From contig NC_045696.1 in the NCBI RefSeq assembly GCF_009834535.1, positions 115,322,001 to 115,386,000 of the forward strand: DNA of 64,000 nt, in the 5' to 3' direction. The DNA comes from Camelus ferus. Lineage: Eukaryota. Positions 26,366 to 39,345 of the stretch are shown here, piece by piece (within the stretch, counting starts at the first letter, position 1; every line of letters starts with the position of its first letter). A program made the position numbers and the translations under genes. Below the pieces are notes generated by a model. That model was not told the origin of the DNA. It worked only from the letters and a program-made list of their open reading frames with translations, and made no database searches.

Positions 26366-28879
26366 GATGCAAAAATTCTCAACAAAATACTACCAATCTG
26401 AATCCAACAATACATTAAAAAAAAAAAGATTATACACTATGATCAAGTTGGATTCATCCCAGGGACACAAGGATGGTTCAACATGTGCAAATCAATCAAT
26501 GTGATACACCACATCAACCAGAGAAAGGACAAAAATCACATGAACATCTCCATAGATGCAGAAAAAGCATTTGGTAAAATTCAACATCCATTTATGATTA
26601 AAAAAAAAGCAACTCTTGCCAAAGTGGGTATAGAGGGAACATATCTCAACATAATAAAAGCTATTTATGACAAACATACAGCCAACATAATACTCAATGC
26701 TGAATAGTTGAAAGCTGTCCCACTAAAATTTGGAACAAGACAAGGATGCCCACTCTGACTACTTCAGTAGAGTTTTGGAAGTCCTAGCCATCAGACAAGA
26801 AAAAGAAAGAAAAGGGACTCATATTGGAACAGAAGAGGTAAAATCATCACTCTATGCAGATAACATGATACTATATAGAGAAAACCCTAAAGACTCCACA
26901 CAAAACTTACTAGAGCTGATTAATGTATTCAGCAAGGTAGTAGGATACAAGATTAACATACAGAAATCTGTTACATTTCTTTATACTAACAATGAAATAT
27001 CAGAAAAAGAAAGTAAAAAATCCCACCACATAAAAAAATAGAATACTTAGGGATAAACCTGACCGAGGAGGTGAAAGATTTATGCGCAGAGAACTATACA
27101 ACATTGATTTAGGAAATTAAAGGTGATTTAAAGAAATGGAAAAATATCCCATGCTCTTGGATTGGAAGAATCAATGTTGTTAAAATGGCCATACCGCCCA
27201 AGGCAATCTACAGATTTAATGTGATCCCTATCAAACCACCCAGGACGTTTTTCACAGAACTAGAGCAAACAATCCCAAAATTTATATGGAATCACAAAAA
27301 ACCCAGAATTGCCAGACAAATACTGAAGAAAAAGAACAAAACTAGATGAATAACACTCCCAGACTTCAGACAATACTGCAGAGCTACAGTAACCAAAACA
27401 GTGTGATACTGGCACAAACACAGACATATGGATCAATGGAATAGAATAGAGAACTCATAAATAAAGCCACACATCTACAGTCAATTAGTCTCTGACAAAG
27501 GAGGCAAGAATATACAATAGAGGAAAGACAGTCTCTTCAGCAAGTGGCGTTGGGCAAGTAGGACACCCACATATAAATCAATGAAGTTAGAACACTCCCT
27601 CACACCACACACAATAATAAACTCAAAAGGACTTAAATATAAGATAAAACACTATAAACCTCCTAAAAGAAAACATAGGCAAAACATTCTCTGACATAAA
27701 TATTAGCAATGTTCCCCTAGTGCAGTCAAGACAATAGAAATAAAAGCAAAAATAAACAAATGGAATTTAATTAAGCATAAGCTTTTGCACAGCAAAGGGA
27801 ACTAAGTAATACAAAAAGATGACTAATGGAGAATGGGAGAAAATATATGCAAATGACATGACTGACAAGGGCTTAATTTCCAGAATATACAAACAGCTCA
27901 TACAATTCAATAACAACAACAAAAAAGAAAACCCAATCAAAAATAGGCAGAAGACCTAAACAAATATTTTTGCATAAAGACATACAGATGGCTAATAGGC
28001 ACATGAAAAAATGCTGAATATCACTTACTGTATTTGCATCTAGAGAAATGCAAATCAAAAATACAATAAGATATCTCCTCACACCAGTCAGAATGGCCAT
28101 CGTTAAAAAGTCCACAAGTAATAAATGCTGGCAAGGGTGTGGAGAAAAGGGAGCCCTCCTATACTGTTGGTGGAAATGTAGTTTGGTGCAGCAATTATGG
28201 AAAACAGTATGGAGATTCTTTTAAAAACTAAAAATAAATTTACCATATAATCCAGCAATCCCACTCCTGGTCATATATCCAGAGGAAACTCTAATCAAAA
28301 AGACACATGCACCCCAGTGTTCATAGCAGCACTATTTACAATAGCCAAGACATGGAAACAACCTAAATGTCCATCGACAGATGACTGGATAAAGCAGCTG
28401 TGGTATATTTAGGCAAAGGAATACTACTCATCCATAAAAAAGAATAAAATAATGCCATTTGCAGCAACATGAATGGACCTGGAAATTGTCATACTAAGTG
28501 AAGTAAGACAGAAAGAGAAAGAAAAATACCATATGATATCACTCATATGTGGAATCTTAAAAAAATAAAACAAATGAAGTTATTTACAAAACAGTCTCAC
28601 AAAATAGAAAACCAACTTATCAGGAGGGTAAGAGGGGGAAGGAGGGATAAATTGGAAGTTTGGGATTTTTAGATTCTTATTACTAGATATAAAATAGATA
28701 AAACAACAAGGTCCTACTATACAGCACAGGAAATTGTATTCAATACTTTGTAATAACCTGCAATGAAAATGTATGAAAAGGAATATATAGATATATATGT
28801 ATATCTATATCTAAATCACTATTCTGTACACCAGAAATTAATACAACATTGTAAACCAACAATACTTCAAAAAAAAAAA
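26366..28879 (+). mobile_element. 5'-truncated LINE-1 (ORF2 RT/C-terminal part, 3' UTR and polyA), inactivated
   Basis: ORF2-like peptides [60 protein letters not shown], with stops and frameshifts; typical 3' UTR; A-tail; TSD aaaatgctcccca (26353-26365) / aaaaagctcccca (28875-28887). Confidence 0.95.
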
Positions 28880-30509
28880 GCTCCCCAAAAGGTTGAGCAA
28901 ACTTCACCAGAACCAAATGTTCCTTTTGGCTCTTTTAGATCATGAGTACCAATTTCCAAAGCCCACTGTCAGCCAGTGTCCCCCCGTCAGGATTCCGCCA
29001 TTAGAGGTCTGTGAGGCATCCGTTTGTATTCCAGATATACTTATATAAGAACGGTGATTTCACAATGGGAACCAGGCAAAAACTCACACATTAGTTTCTC
29101 TTGCTCGAATATGTACTATTTTAATTTTCATATTTGATACTTGAAAACATCGAATACTTAATATTTAAAAATCATGAAGTCTATAAATGAGTTGAGAAAC
29201 TTTGAAGAGATAAATGAGTCCATCTGGATTATTTTTTCACAACCACATAAGTACTTAGTGACAAGGTATTTTCTTTGCATATAAAATAAGAGTTACCTAA
29301 TGTATCTGAGAAATTGTGACGTCTCCCTTCTTTTTCTCTATGTTTATTTCGATGTTTTTTCCCAGAGACTAGTGCTGGTGTATAAAAATGACTCTACTCC
29401 TGTGGCATTACCTCTTTTTGTCCTCTTTTTCTCTTCCTGCAGCAGTTACTGTTTATTTTTGTGCTGAAGAGTACGGAAGACAGGAACACATTTAAAGTAA
29501 CGCATCAGTCATCCGAACTCCAGAGAGAACATTCTTAATTGAATCATGTTTTTCACTTTGGGACTTAATGCAAGTGAATTTTCATTTTGATTCATAACGT
29601 AGTCATCTACCTACATGTTAGCTACACAATCACAAATTAAAATGAACTATTAAGTATTCCTTCTGAGACATGTAATTAAAGAATAAAAATATCTGCAGCA
29701 TGTCATTTTCCCTGTTGCATAAGAGAATTTGGAAGGCACATGTCGTCACAGCAGAAAGGACAATGTATAACAATGAACTACATACTCTACCTTTAAATTT
29801 TTTCTTCAGATGTTTTGTTAAGTGGAGTAACAGAGAAGACACTCTCTTCACTTACTAGAGTGGTTTTTATTTCCCTGTTGGCCTAGGAGTCTCCCTCAAT
29901 AAAAGAGCCATAAGGATATCAAGAAAGAACTTAACCGTGGCTAACACTTAATCAGTTAATGCAAATAAAATAGTGAATAGATACTTGTGATGGTGAGGTT
30001 TTAAGAGTTATGACCCAGGGCTTTGCTTTTGCTTATATATTTTTTTGTAGAGCTGACGATTCCCCCAGGCCCCACAGAAAGAATCATAGCAAAACATTCA
30101 ACAAAGAGGTAAAAATAATGGGGTCAGAGGGCCATGCTGCAACAATAATTAGCTTGGAGAGAAAAGGTAAAATGTAGAGAGGGACTATCACAAGGTCTTG
30201 GAAAGCAGTTATGTGAGGTTTTCGAGTTACAAGATTTCCAAGGTTGATCCGCTATTTTGCATTCATCCCTCTTGGATGGAAATTCCTCAGTTATGTATGT
30301 TACCTGAGTTATTTTTTACTTCTATTTATAACTGCTTTTAAGGAGAGATACTTTCGATTCTTCTTCTTGGGTAGCATACATTGCTCACATTTAGACATAT
30401 GTAAAGGTTCAGTCTTCAAGTGACTATACATTAACTTTAGAAAACCTAGACTTTGGCTGCTTCTACAAGAAGGGGCCATCTTTGGAGAAAAGGCACTAAT
30501 ATTTGAGGT

Positions 30510-30856
30510 GAGCGGTTCTGAAACTTCCGATGCTTCAGAAGCAGCCGGAGGGCTTGTAAAACACAGACTGCTGAGCTGCATTTCAGTGTTTCTGATTCAG
30601 TGGGTCTGGGATAGAAGTTGAGAATTTGCATACTTTTTTTTTTTTCAAGTTCACTTAATATCATCTTAAGGCTTTTCTTTATTGAAGGACGGTTGATGTA
30701 CAATTCTGTGTCAGTTTCAGGTGTACAGCATAGTGATGTGTTTTGTTTTCAGATTACACTCCATTATAGGCTATTACAATATTTTGGGTACAGGTTCCTG
30801 CATTCCCAGCTGCAGCTGCGGCTGCTGCTGGTCTGGGTTCTGCACTTTGACAGCTA
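30510..30856. mobile_element. MER5A hAT-Charlie element interrupted by an antisense L1 stub (~30672-30800)
   Basis: gcggttctgaaactt...ggagggcttgtaaaacacagactgctg...gtttctgattcagtgggtctggg...gagaatttgcat, resuming ttcccag...gctgctggtctggg..cactttga after the L1 piece. Confidence 0.78.
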
Positions 30857-31479
30857 ATGCTTTACATGAGTGTTAAATGAAACTGAGAGTTGCTAATAAA
30901 CAAATTAAGATAGAATAATTGGAAACCTTAGAAACCTTCTGTTGGTGTATACAAAAGCGATATTCAAAATATTTAAGAAGCCATTGGCCAGTTAGAATGC
31001 ATACTGTTCTTAACCCATATGGCCAAACCTGTGCGATGTTAGATTTGAGTGAGTGTATGCAACAGAGAAACAACTGTACAAAGGTAAACACAAATTTTAA
31101 AACTTTTTTCCAGGAATAATTTTTCAATGCTTTTCAAAATAAAAATCTATAAAGTCAGTGTTTTAGACTTTAGGGTACTAGATCATGTTTTATCATTTCA
31201 TTTTGTTATCTCCAAAACAACAACTAAGTTAAAATTTTGAAAGATAATTTTCTTTCAAAAACAGAAAAAAGTGTTCTTCTGTTCAAGTATTATCTCTTCT
31301 CTCCCCAATGAGGAGGATGACTCCTTTCATAACCACTCCTTATTTTTCTGTTACATCTTAATAGGATAATGTTTAGTGTATTTTAATAAAATTTTAATGT
31401 GATAAAATTAAATGATGTCAGAAACTAACAAAGACCATCTTGTTCTTTTTGAAATCACATGTGTTTATGAAAATTAGTT

Positions 31480-31801
31480 GGTGGCTAACATTTGCAGATC
31501 TCAGACTCCCCAATTTATCCCTTCCCACCCCATGTCCCCAGTAACCATTAAGATTGTTTACTATGTCTGCAAGTTTGTTAATGTTAGCCACTAAATATAA
31601 AAATAGATTAAAAAAAAAAACAAGTTTCTTCTGTATAGCACAACGAACTATGTTCAGTATCTTATAATAACCTTTAATGAAAAAGAATATGAAAATGAAT
31701 ACATGTATATATATGCATGACTGGGACATTGTGCTGTACACCAGAAATTGACACATTGTAACTGACTGTACAATAAAAAAGATACAAAATATAAAATAAA
31801 T
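31480..31801 (+). mobile_element. L1 3' stub with 5' inversion (twin-priming structure)
   Basis: Antisense L1 segment 31481-~31572, then sense segment ~31580-31801 with A-rich tail; TSD aaattagtt (31471-31479) / aaattggtt (31802-31810). Confidence 0.85.
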
Positions 31802-33026
31802 AAATTGGTTAGAGTAACTAAATATGTATGCTTATCATAAATTTCCTCGTTTTTGAAAAGCATATTAAGACACTTTATGCAAAAGGCATGTAGAGTAAAA
31901 CTGCACAGAGTATTGGCACTAATGGAATAAAATGATACATGAATATTAAATTTGCAGTGAGTTTCACAGAATAACCGTGATCTATAACAAAGCTTCTTAC
32001 TTAGATAAGTAAAATAAATGTGTGTGTACGTGTGTGTGTTTCAAAATGATGAAACTCCTCTCCCAAATGTTAGCCACTTAACGATTATTTTTATCTACTT
32101 TGAAACTTCAGTTGCATTTAAACTGGGAGACTGTTTGAAATACTGAAGGCAGAATTTGAAGATTGAAAAGATGACTAGGATATGGTGATGACATTTAAAG
32201 TGGCGTCACTCTTTTCTGCAGGAATGTGTGTGCATATCTTTAATGTCAGCCCTTGCCTCTGGGATGACACTTGTTAGATTTCATGGTGTCATGTGCTTAG
32301 TTCAAGGTCGGTAGTCATGATTTTTATTACACAATACCCAGATATTTCACTTGTTATCTAGAAGTAACTTGTTTAAACCAATTTTTCTTGTTCTGCTCGC
32401 TTCTCTGTGTACTGTGATCACCTAATTCTGTTTTAGTTTTAAAATATGAAATTCTGAAAGGTGCTGTCATGAAGTAGTACGGTTGTTTAACCTTGAAATC
32501 ATTCCTGTGAAAAACAGTTGTTTGCTTCTGTTGGATGGCTCCTGGGTTCCTGGGGATGACTTGGCTCAGAGACTGGCTAACCCCTCAGAGGGAAAATGGT
32601 GCACTGCGTACACCCAGCCCAAAGGAAAAACACTGGGGGCCCAAGAGACATTTCTGGCCAACTGCTGATTTTTAAAAGTCTCCCAGCAGAATTTCTTCTT
32701 AGGTTACAGCTTTGTCTACAGTCACAGAAAGGGGTTAGATGTGGCTGAACAATCTGTCCAGACTCGCAAAATGGTAAGGAGCGCTGGCAGGGCTTTCTCG
32801 CTCTCTACAAGGATCACACCTTCATGCAACACACCTGTATCAAGGTGGACCACGAGTTAATGGGGTCAATACACATAGATAGAAAAATGAAGACTTATAA
32901 TTCAAGAGCAGTCCAGTAATTTCTACAAACATTAAATAAAGGTCCATGACAAAGAAAAGTTAAAGTATCCAGACGGGTTATCTGTCTACATTTGGTTTCC
33001 AAGTTGTTATCTCCACTTCCACCCCC

Positions 33027-33028
<2 letters not shown>

Positions 33029-33068
<40 letters not shown>
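33029..33068. repeat. (CA)n microsatellite
   Basis: About 20 perfect CA units. Confidence 0.95.
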
Positions 33069-33072
<4 letters not shown>

Positions 33073-35377
33073 GCACCATCACAAGCAAACTAATCACTTC
33101 TAGTGCCATCATCTCCCCGATATACTCCATCATTTCCCCGGAACTCTACGTGTCTCAGTCTCTCCATAGCATTTTGGACCTTCATACCACTCAGTTTTTT
33201 TTTTTTAATTTGTGGGAAGCTTGGTTGCTTTTTTTATAGCAGATGTCTTTTTAATGAAGATAATTTTTATCAGGGTGCTTTGGGGCTATTATTCAGTTAA
33301 TAAATGAGTATGCATTTTGTCTTGTTTGCTTTGCTTTTTAGTATATGAGATGTCTCAATTGGAAGCCCACCAACTGTTGGTAATTTATCACCCCCTTCTC
33401 CCCACAACTTCCTGAGCCATTTCGCTTGTTGGAAGCATTGGCTTAGTTGTATCTGTGCAGAGAGTATTTTGTGTGTTTGTGGTCGGGGCGGGGTTGGGGT
33501 GGAGGACGTCAGTACTCTCTTAACCTGCACGATTCTTTGGGAATGTTTCTTAATATCCAAAATAGTGCCATTCGCTTGGTCCTATAGTGTATTAAAACAA
33601 AGGTTTTGAAACCTTTGAAAGATTTGAAAGACCACTGAGAATATAGATTTGTTAAGATCCTTAAAATAGACATTAAAATGTGCATTTGAAGGTATACGTG
33701 GAGCTAGCACTGTTCATTGAAGCCCTATGTTTTAATACATATTATATAGAAAATATTCTCTTCTGTACCAGGAATAGGAGAGGAACTTTGCTTTGAGGGA
33801 AAGTGCGTAACCCACTTCCTAAAGAAGATATTGTGGATTTAATTGAATATAGCATCTTGCCCTCAAAAGATCTATCCAAAAGATTTGATTTATTAAAAAA
33901 GAAAACTAGGCAGGAAAAAAAAAAAGGACACAGCTCCGTCCACCAAAATCGCATTCTCCAGGTAGAATCAAACCAATCCAAGCTATCGCTGGTTCCTCAA
34001 TTCACTCTCGGAGGTCTTAACTTCACATTTTGACTCACACTATGTCTTTTGATGTTCCGTGTTGTTGGAAAACTGATGCATGAGTGTCCTCTCTGTTCAA
34101 ACTGTTTCTAATATATAATTTCCTTGTCCAGTGTTCTTTCAATAAGGGTACCTAGTCCTTTGAGGGTATAACTTGTCAGAATGATGCAAATGAAAGTGTG
34201 GGTTATTTCTTTATCTATTTATAAAAAAAAAGATATTCTGCTTCAACACCCTGCCCACCGCAGTGGCTGTGATGAAGAAGACACTGTGATGATTATTTTT
34301 CTGGCCAAATGGAACACTGAGTTTAAATAAGTCATGGGATGTGATGGATAGATACTATCCAGACTTAATCCTCCACTGAGATTTCTTCTTTATGAGTGAC
34401 ATTTGGAAAGGGTTTGAGCTGCAAAAGCTTCTGATCTAAGAATCTCCCTGCCTACTTCCACCTCACCCTAAGCCACAAAGGATTTTTCTGCCCCCATTAA
34501 TTAACATTTGTAACTGTATGTTTCTCTAAGATGATTTTGTATCTCAATTAATGTGTCTCTCCAGTACTAAAAAAAAAAATGGTGTTAAGAAAATGTAAAC
34601 TTAGGAAAATGTGTATTAGGATTTATTAAAAAGAAAATCTCAGAAAGTACCAGCAAAAGAATCACATTGGCCCCATTAAGTAGTCAGAACACACTGGCTT
34701 CTCCTGGCAGTGGACCAGGCCACGTAGACGCACGTGTTGAAAGAACGGCCTTCCCTTGAACCTCTTAGGCTACCCTCTGTGGGAAGCAAGGAGAAGGAAA
34801 AAGTCATACAGCTGCCCATCTTCCGTCTACTCCAAATGGACTTAGTGCATTTATGTGTGCGCTCTCTCCCTTCAGTGCCAGTCTCTGGGGTGTCCACTTC
34901 CCTTCTGTCTGGGACCTTCTCCTGGTAGACACCTGTTGAGTCCTGTGTTAATAAGACACATTGTCAAAGGAGAAAACATGTTTTCTGAGCCCAGAAGGTG
35001 AGAGCTCCTCTTTTGTGGGGCCCGTGTTCATCCTGGGGAGCCCAGCATCTTATGTAGCAGAACAAAAGCAATACAGTTGTAAATTCTTATTCCCCCCCCC
35101 CTCCTCCACAAAGAAAGTGTCGTTGCCGTGTTAGTGTTCACCTGCATCTCTCTTAAGAGAAGCAATGCAGTATTTCTTCCTTCCATCCCAAGGTTTTGGA
35201 ATTTCCCATCACTTCCTAGCATCATTCGAAAATAGAACCCCACCCACTGTTCGGCCACGGCCAGAAGTAGCTTGAATGGTACCTGTTATTGAAAGGGAGT
35301 CTGTATTTGCAGTAATACAGAGAATGCCAGTTTAGAAATGAGCCTGATTGCATGGTTCATTTTGTTCTCCTTTGTAG

Positions 35378-35540
35378 AGCCAGGCTGCGGCCCACTACAA
35401 AGGCACGAAACATGCCAAGAAGCTCAAAGCACTGGAAGCCATGAAAAATAAGCAGAAATCTGTCACTGCCAAGGACAGCGTAAAGACTGCCTTCACCTCC
35501 ATCACTACCAATACCATCAATACCAGCTCTGACAAAACAG
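35378..35540 (+). CDS. ZNF385D: Internal coding exon of zinc finger protein 385D (second half of first matrin-type C2H2 finger plus Thr/Ser-rich linker)
   Basis: Polypyrimidine tract and AG acceptor (ttttgttctcctttgtag|AGC, AG at 35376-35377); GT donor at 35541 (ACAG|gttaag). The 163 nt (phase 0 to phase 1) translate without stops to SQAAAHYKGTKHAKKLKALEAMKNKQKSVTAKDSVKTAFTSITTNTINTSSDKT. This matches my recollection of human ZNF385D except DSVKTAF vs DSAKTTF. Confidence 0.95.
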
Positions 35541-36432
35541 GTTAAGCGATGATCTTTGTTGTGTTCTTGTTCTCATCCTTTATTTGGGGGCTCCCTCCCT
35601 GGTCCAACCGTGTCCCTGCACACTGATTCGTGCTTCCTCCATCTTTCCGTGTGATGGTCCCCAATCCCCTTGAGAGATGACGCTAATCACCGGTCACGCC
35701 GCAGGTTTTGCATGTGAAACAGCCCTGCGGCTGTTTTAGAGGAAAAGTCAGAAAGGTACTGGAAGCCGTGGCCCCGGTAACTCTTTGTGAGACCTAAACC
35801 CCGTTTCAGTGTGTGTCGTTTGCATCTTGTCTGCAGCACCTGAGCTCTAACTGCCCAGCAGATTTGATTTACCTGTGAGTACACGGCAGAGTATGCCCAG
35901 TGAATCGAGAAGACCCCCCCATAAGGGTGTCATTACTGACAGGCTTTATTCTCATAAATCCCAAACGTTGCATTATTTTAAGTAGTGGCGGTGTGACTCT
36001 GGGCTTGTTATGGCTGGGTAACCTTCCCTCTGCATACACAGGTAAGTGTTATTGATACCAATTATTCTTTTTAACAGAGTCTTCACAGTGAAGTAATGGC
36101 CTTTGAACGGCCCCTTGGGAGACCTTCTGCAAAGAACTAGTTTACTCTTGCCAGGGGAAGCCAGTGGGGTTTCCCTAAGCTGGCATTTAAAAATATAAGG
36201 CCACTAGTCCTCAAAATACATAAAAGGAAATCCCATATAATTCATGGATGTACCTTTAATAAATCACTTTCTAAGAACACAGGGCTGGTACATGTCGGTT
36301 GTTTTCCAGTCCCTACAAATAACAGTGGTCAGGAGGCATTTACTTAGTCGTGGATGGTAATGTGTTAACTCGAAGAGAACTTTCTGGCCATGACTGATGA
36401 ACATATAAAACGAACAGTGAACTGGTGGTGGG

Positions 36433-36553
36433 TGGGGGAGAGTAGGTATAGCTCAGTGGTAGAATGTGTGCTTAGCATGCACAAGGTCATGGGTTCAATC
36501 CCCAGAACCTCCATTAAAAAATACAATTAAAACAAAATAAAACAAAATAAAAT
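36433..36553 (+). mobile_element. tRNA-Ala(AGC)-derived SINE, Vic-1-like (camelid)
   Basis: G-rich 5' extension, A box tagctcagtgg, anticodon arm gtgcttagcatgc, B box ggttcaatccc, A-rich tail; TSD acagtgaac (36414-36422 / 36556-36564). Confidence 0.88.
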
Positions 36554-38339
36554 CCACAGTGAACCAATACAACAGATAAAAGCAACTTGATTACTCATGG
36601 TGTATCCATTAGATGTATACAATAATCCGCAAAGGACCTGGAGAGATGCTTGCTTCTGTGTGAATCTGGAAGTGATGACAATGTTCTTTCCGAGTTCCCA
36701 CAACACATTTTCTGTCCTTCATCTGAGTCTTATAAGCAAGTGCCTCACGCCCCCTCCCCGAGAGCCCCGGGTACTCTCTGAAGCTGAGTGCCGCGGGCAT
36801 CTCTGTGCGCTGGCACTCAGTCTGATGTGCTCTAGGTGCTGAGTGAGATGTCTGTTGGCTGTGTTTTCCCTCACCTCTTTGATTCTCTGATTCATCCAAT
36901 TTTGTGTCACAATATATAAAGGAAAAAAATAGGACTTGTCACATTCACCTCTTTGGTATCCAGAGCCAGAGCTGAATTATACGATCTTATTAATTTAGAC
37001 CTAAAACCTCGTAGGGAGAACATTACTCTTTTCTCCCTTAATTGAAAATCCATTGCCTTTTTCAGGGGGGTGCTATAGGGGAATGAGTGGTAATGAAACA
37101 GGTGGGTGTTATTTATGCTCCCAGATATTGGGGCACAAATTGGGAGTCTTTAAAGCCATACTTGCCATAAAGATATATATTTCATTTGAAAAGAGATAGT
37201 AGGTAGACAGAATAAAGAAGTGAATTTGACGTAAAGGGTTTGGTCGAAAGAGATGAGTTTGATGTAAAGAGTTGGATGTACAGTTTTGCTTGTTCCCAAA
37301 CTTTTCTGTTCCTAGACATTTTTATCAATAATGGCTATTTGGGTTACCTTGACTTCTCTTTAAAATGCAAAAAGTCCCTGAGAATGTACATCATTTAAAA
37401 ATATATATGTCCAGACAGGGTAGAGCTGCTAACAGGGTTTAAGGGCTCCCACGTGTATCATCTCTGTTACCTAAACAGCTTATGAACACATACCTCCATC
37501 CCTCATTTAGAGAGTAGAATGGAAAGCATGGCAGTCATCAAGGCTCTGTCGTCTTGGAGGATGAATGGAAAAACTTGGATTGGGCTGTGGGAGAGAGCCT
37601 TCATAACATAGATGCCCAATGGAGAAGCCAGACCCACCTAGAGGTTGGAATGGTGTTGAAAGTGTGACATGCTCTTTCCATCTGGAGCTAGAGAAAATTC
37701 CAGAAGGACAGAGGAAAAATAAAGTCTTCAAACTTAGTTCAGATGTCCTAAAGCCAAAGGAAGGAAGTGATGGACATCTGGAAGGGCGCTGGCTTCCTAA
37801 TCCGTGGCGACTGATATCCACAAAGAAACAGGTCATACAGGTTAAAGACTGAGCATTCCAGCATCCTCACCAGATGTTTGAAGCTGAATTCTTTCCTTAA
37901 GCTGGGATTTCTGCACAACTACCAATGAGAAGTAGCCTAGGAAAGCCCCTGGCATTTCATAGACTCTTACCCCATTTGTACTATAATATAAATCAGAGGC
38001 ACCGATGCCGACGAAGTGGAGTTTTCTTAAAACTATTACAAGTCCTTTTTATTACTACCTGTGTCCTCGGACTGATTAGGTACAACTCTGAAAGCAGGAT
38101 GGGTCTCTGTGCTAGTTTCTTGGAACAGTTAAATACTTGGAGGCAGAAGGAGAGAGAGAGAGAGAAGGCTTGAAAATCAAAGACCATGTATTTTTAAATA
38201 ATAAAAAAAAAATGTAACCCTTCTACGTAAGGCATAATGTTGTTTTGTGATTTGTGGACTTATCCATGCGTAAAAGATATGAATACATTACATCGCTGTT
38301 ACTAGTTTTACCATATCATTCTTCAAAAGACTAATCCAA

Positions 38340-38371
38340 ATATATATATATACTAATAATTTTATTAGTAG

Positions 38372-38404
<33 letters not shown>

Positions 38405-38437
38405 ATGTGAATATATATATATATATATATATATATA
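38340..38437. repeat. Compound (TA)n/(TG)n microsatellite with internal inverted repeat
   Basis: tatatatatatactaataattttattagtagtatatata...gtgtgt...atatat. Confidence 0.9.
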
Positions 38438-39345
38438 CGTTGTTGGGCAATGAAGTCATTCTTTATAACCCATATAACAGATATGGAGAATTATATGAAA
38501 ATGAGAGAGTCAACTCCATGTCAGCATAATATTATGGGAAATAGAAATATGGACAATAATGGAGAGTTTCAAAGATTTTTAAAGAATTCTTTGAAGTCTT
38601 AGTTTTAACCAGATGGGCACTTGGAGATTCCGGACATTGGAGTTCATACCTTTAAGAGGCCTGCCTGCTGCCTGGAAGCCAAGATGGGAGGAGAAGGCAA
38701 AAGCAATTAGTATGTAGAATTGCCTTTAAAAGTGCTGAGTATACAGTGATTCGGTAGATGCCAACCTACGAGAAGTTTGAGCAACAGTAGTGAAAAGAGC
38801 AAGAAGTAGTATGCGTTTGAATTAAAAAAAAATGATTGGGAGGTTTTCCTGAGATTCTCTAGAATATAGGAAATAGAACACTAATAAAAGAACAGATTTT
38901 CATTGCACGTCTACTTATAAAAAGAGAATTCTTTTTAAGTTAGGCGTTACGTTGTTGAATTTATACCAAGAACAATTCACAGGCGAAAGTAATATTTTAA
39001 AAAATACATTAAACTCTCAAAACTGTTGGTGTATGAGGGTGCTTGCTATTCATTACAGAATATTTTACAGAGCGAACATTCCCAGAGGTGACCAGAATAA
39101 CTTTGTCTGATCTAGCAAGGTATTGGGTTTTTTTTTTTTTTAATTCAAGTTTTTTATACAGAAAAAGTAATGACAAAAATTAAGAAATTATGTTTAAAGT
39201 ACCTTGTCAAAGATAACTCGATTGACCTTTTTTTTTTTCCTGCAAAATAACTAATTCACAATTTGGCAATTAAGTCTCGTGCAAAAAGTCATTCTCTGGT
39301 CTTTCGTTACTTCCCTTTCTGGGCAATTTTATTCACTCTCATGAC

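Noticed and set aside
26483..27041. Active reverse transcriptase gene
   Set aside because: Fragments of L1 ORF2 with frameshifts, stops, YADN instead of the (F/Y)ADD motif, and no 5' half.
33481..33505. G-quadruplex-like run ggggcggggttggggtgg
   Set aside because: Only three full G-tracts; such motifs are common and uninformative alone.
34269..34320. C/D box snoRNA-like motifs (gtgatga twice, ctga)
   Set aside because: Too short, no D' box before the second C-like box, no terminal stem.
36433..36513. Functional tRNA-Ala gene
   Set aside because: Has a 5' extension, A-rich tail, TSD and stem mismatches, so it is a SINE copy.
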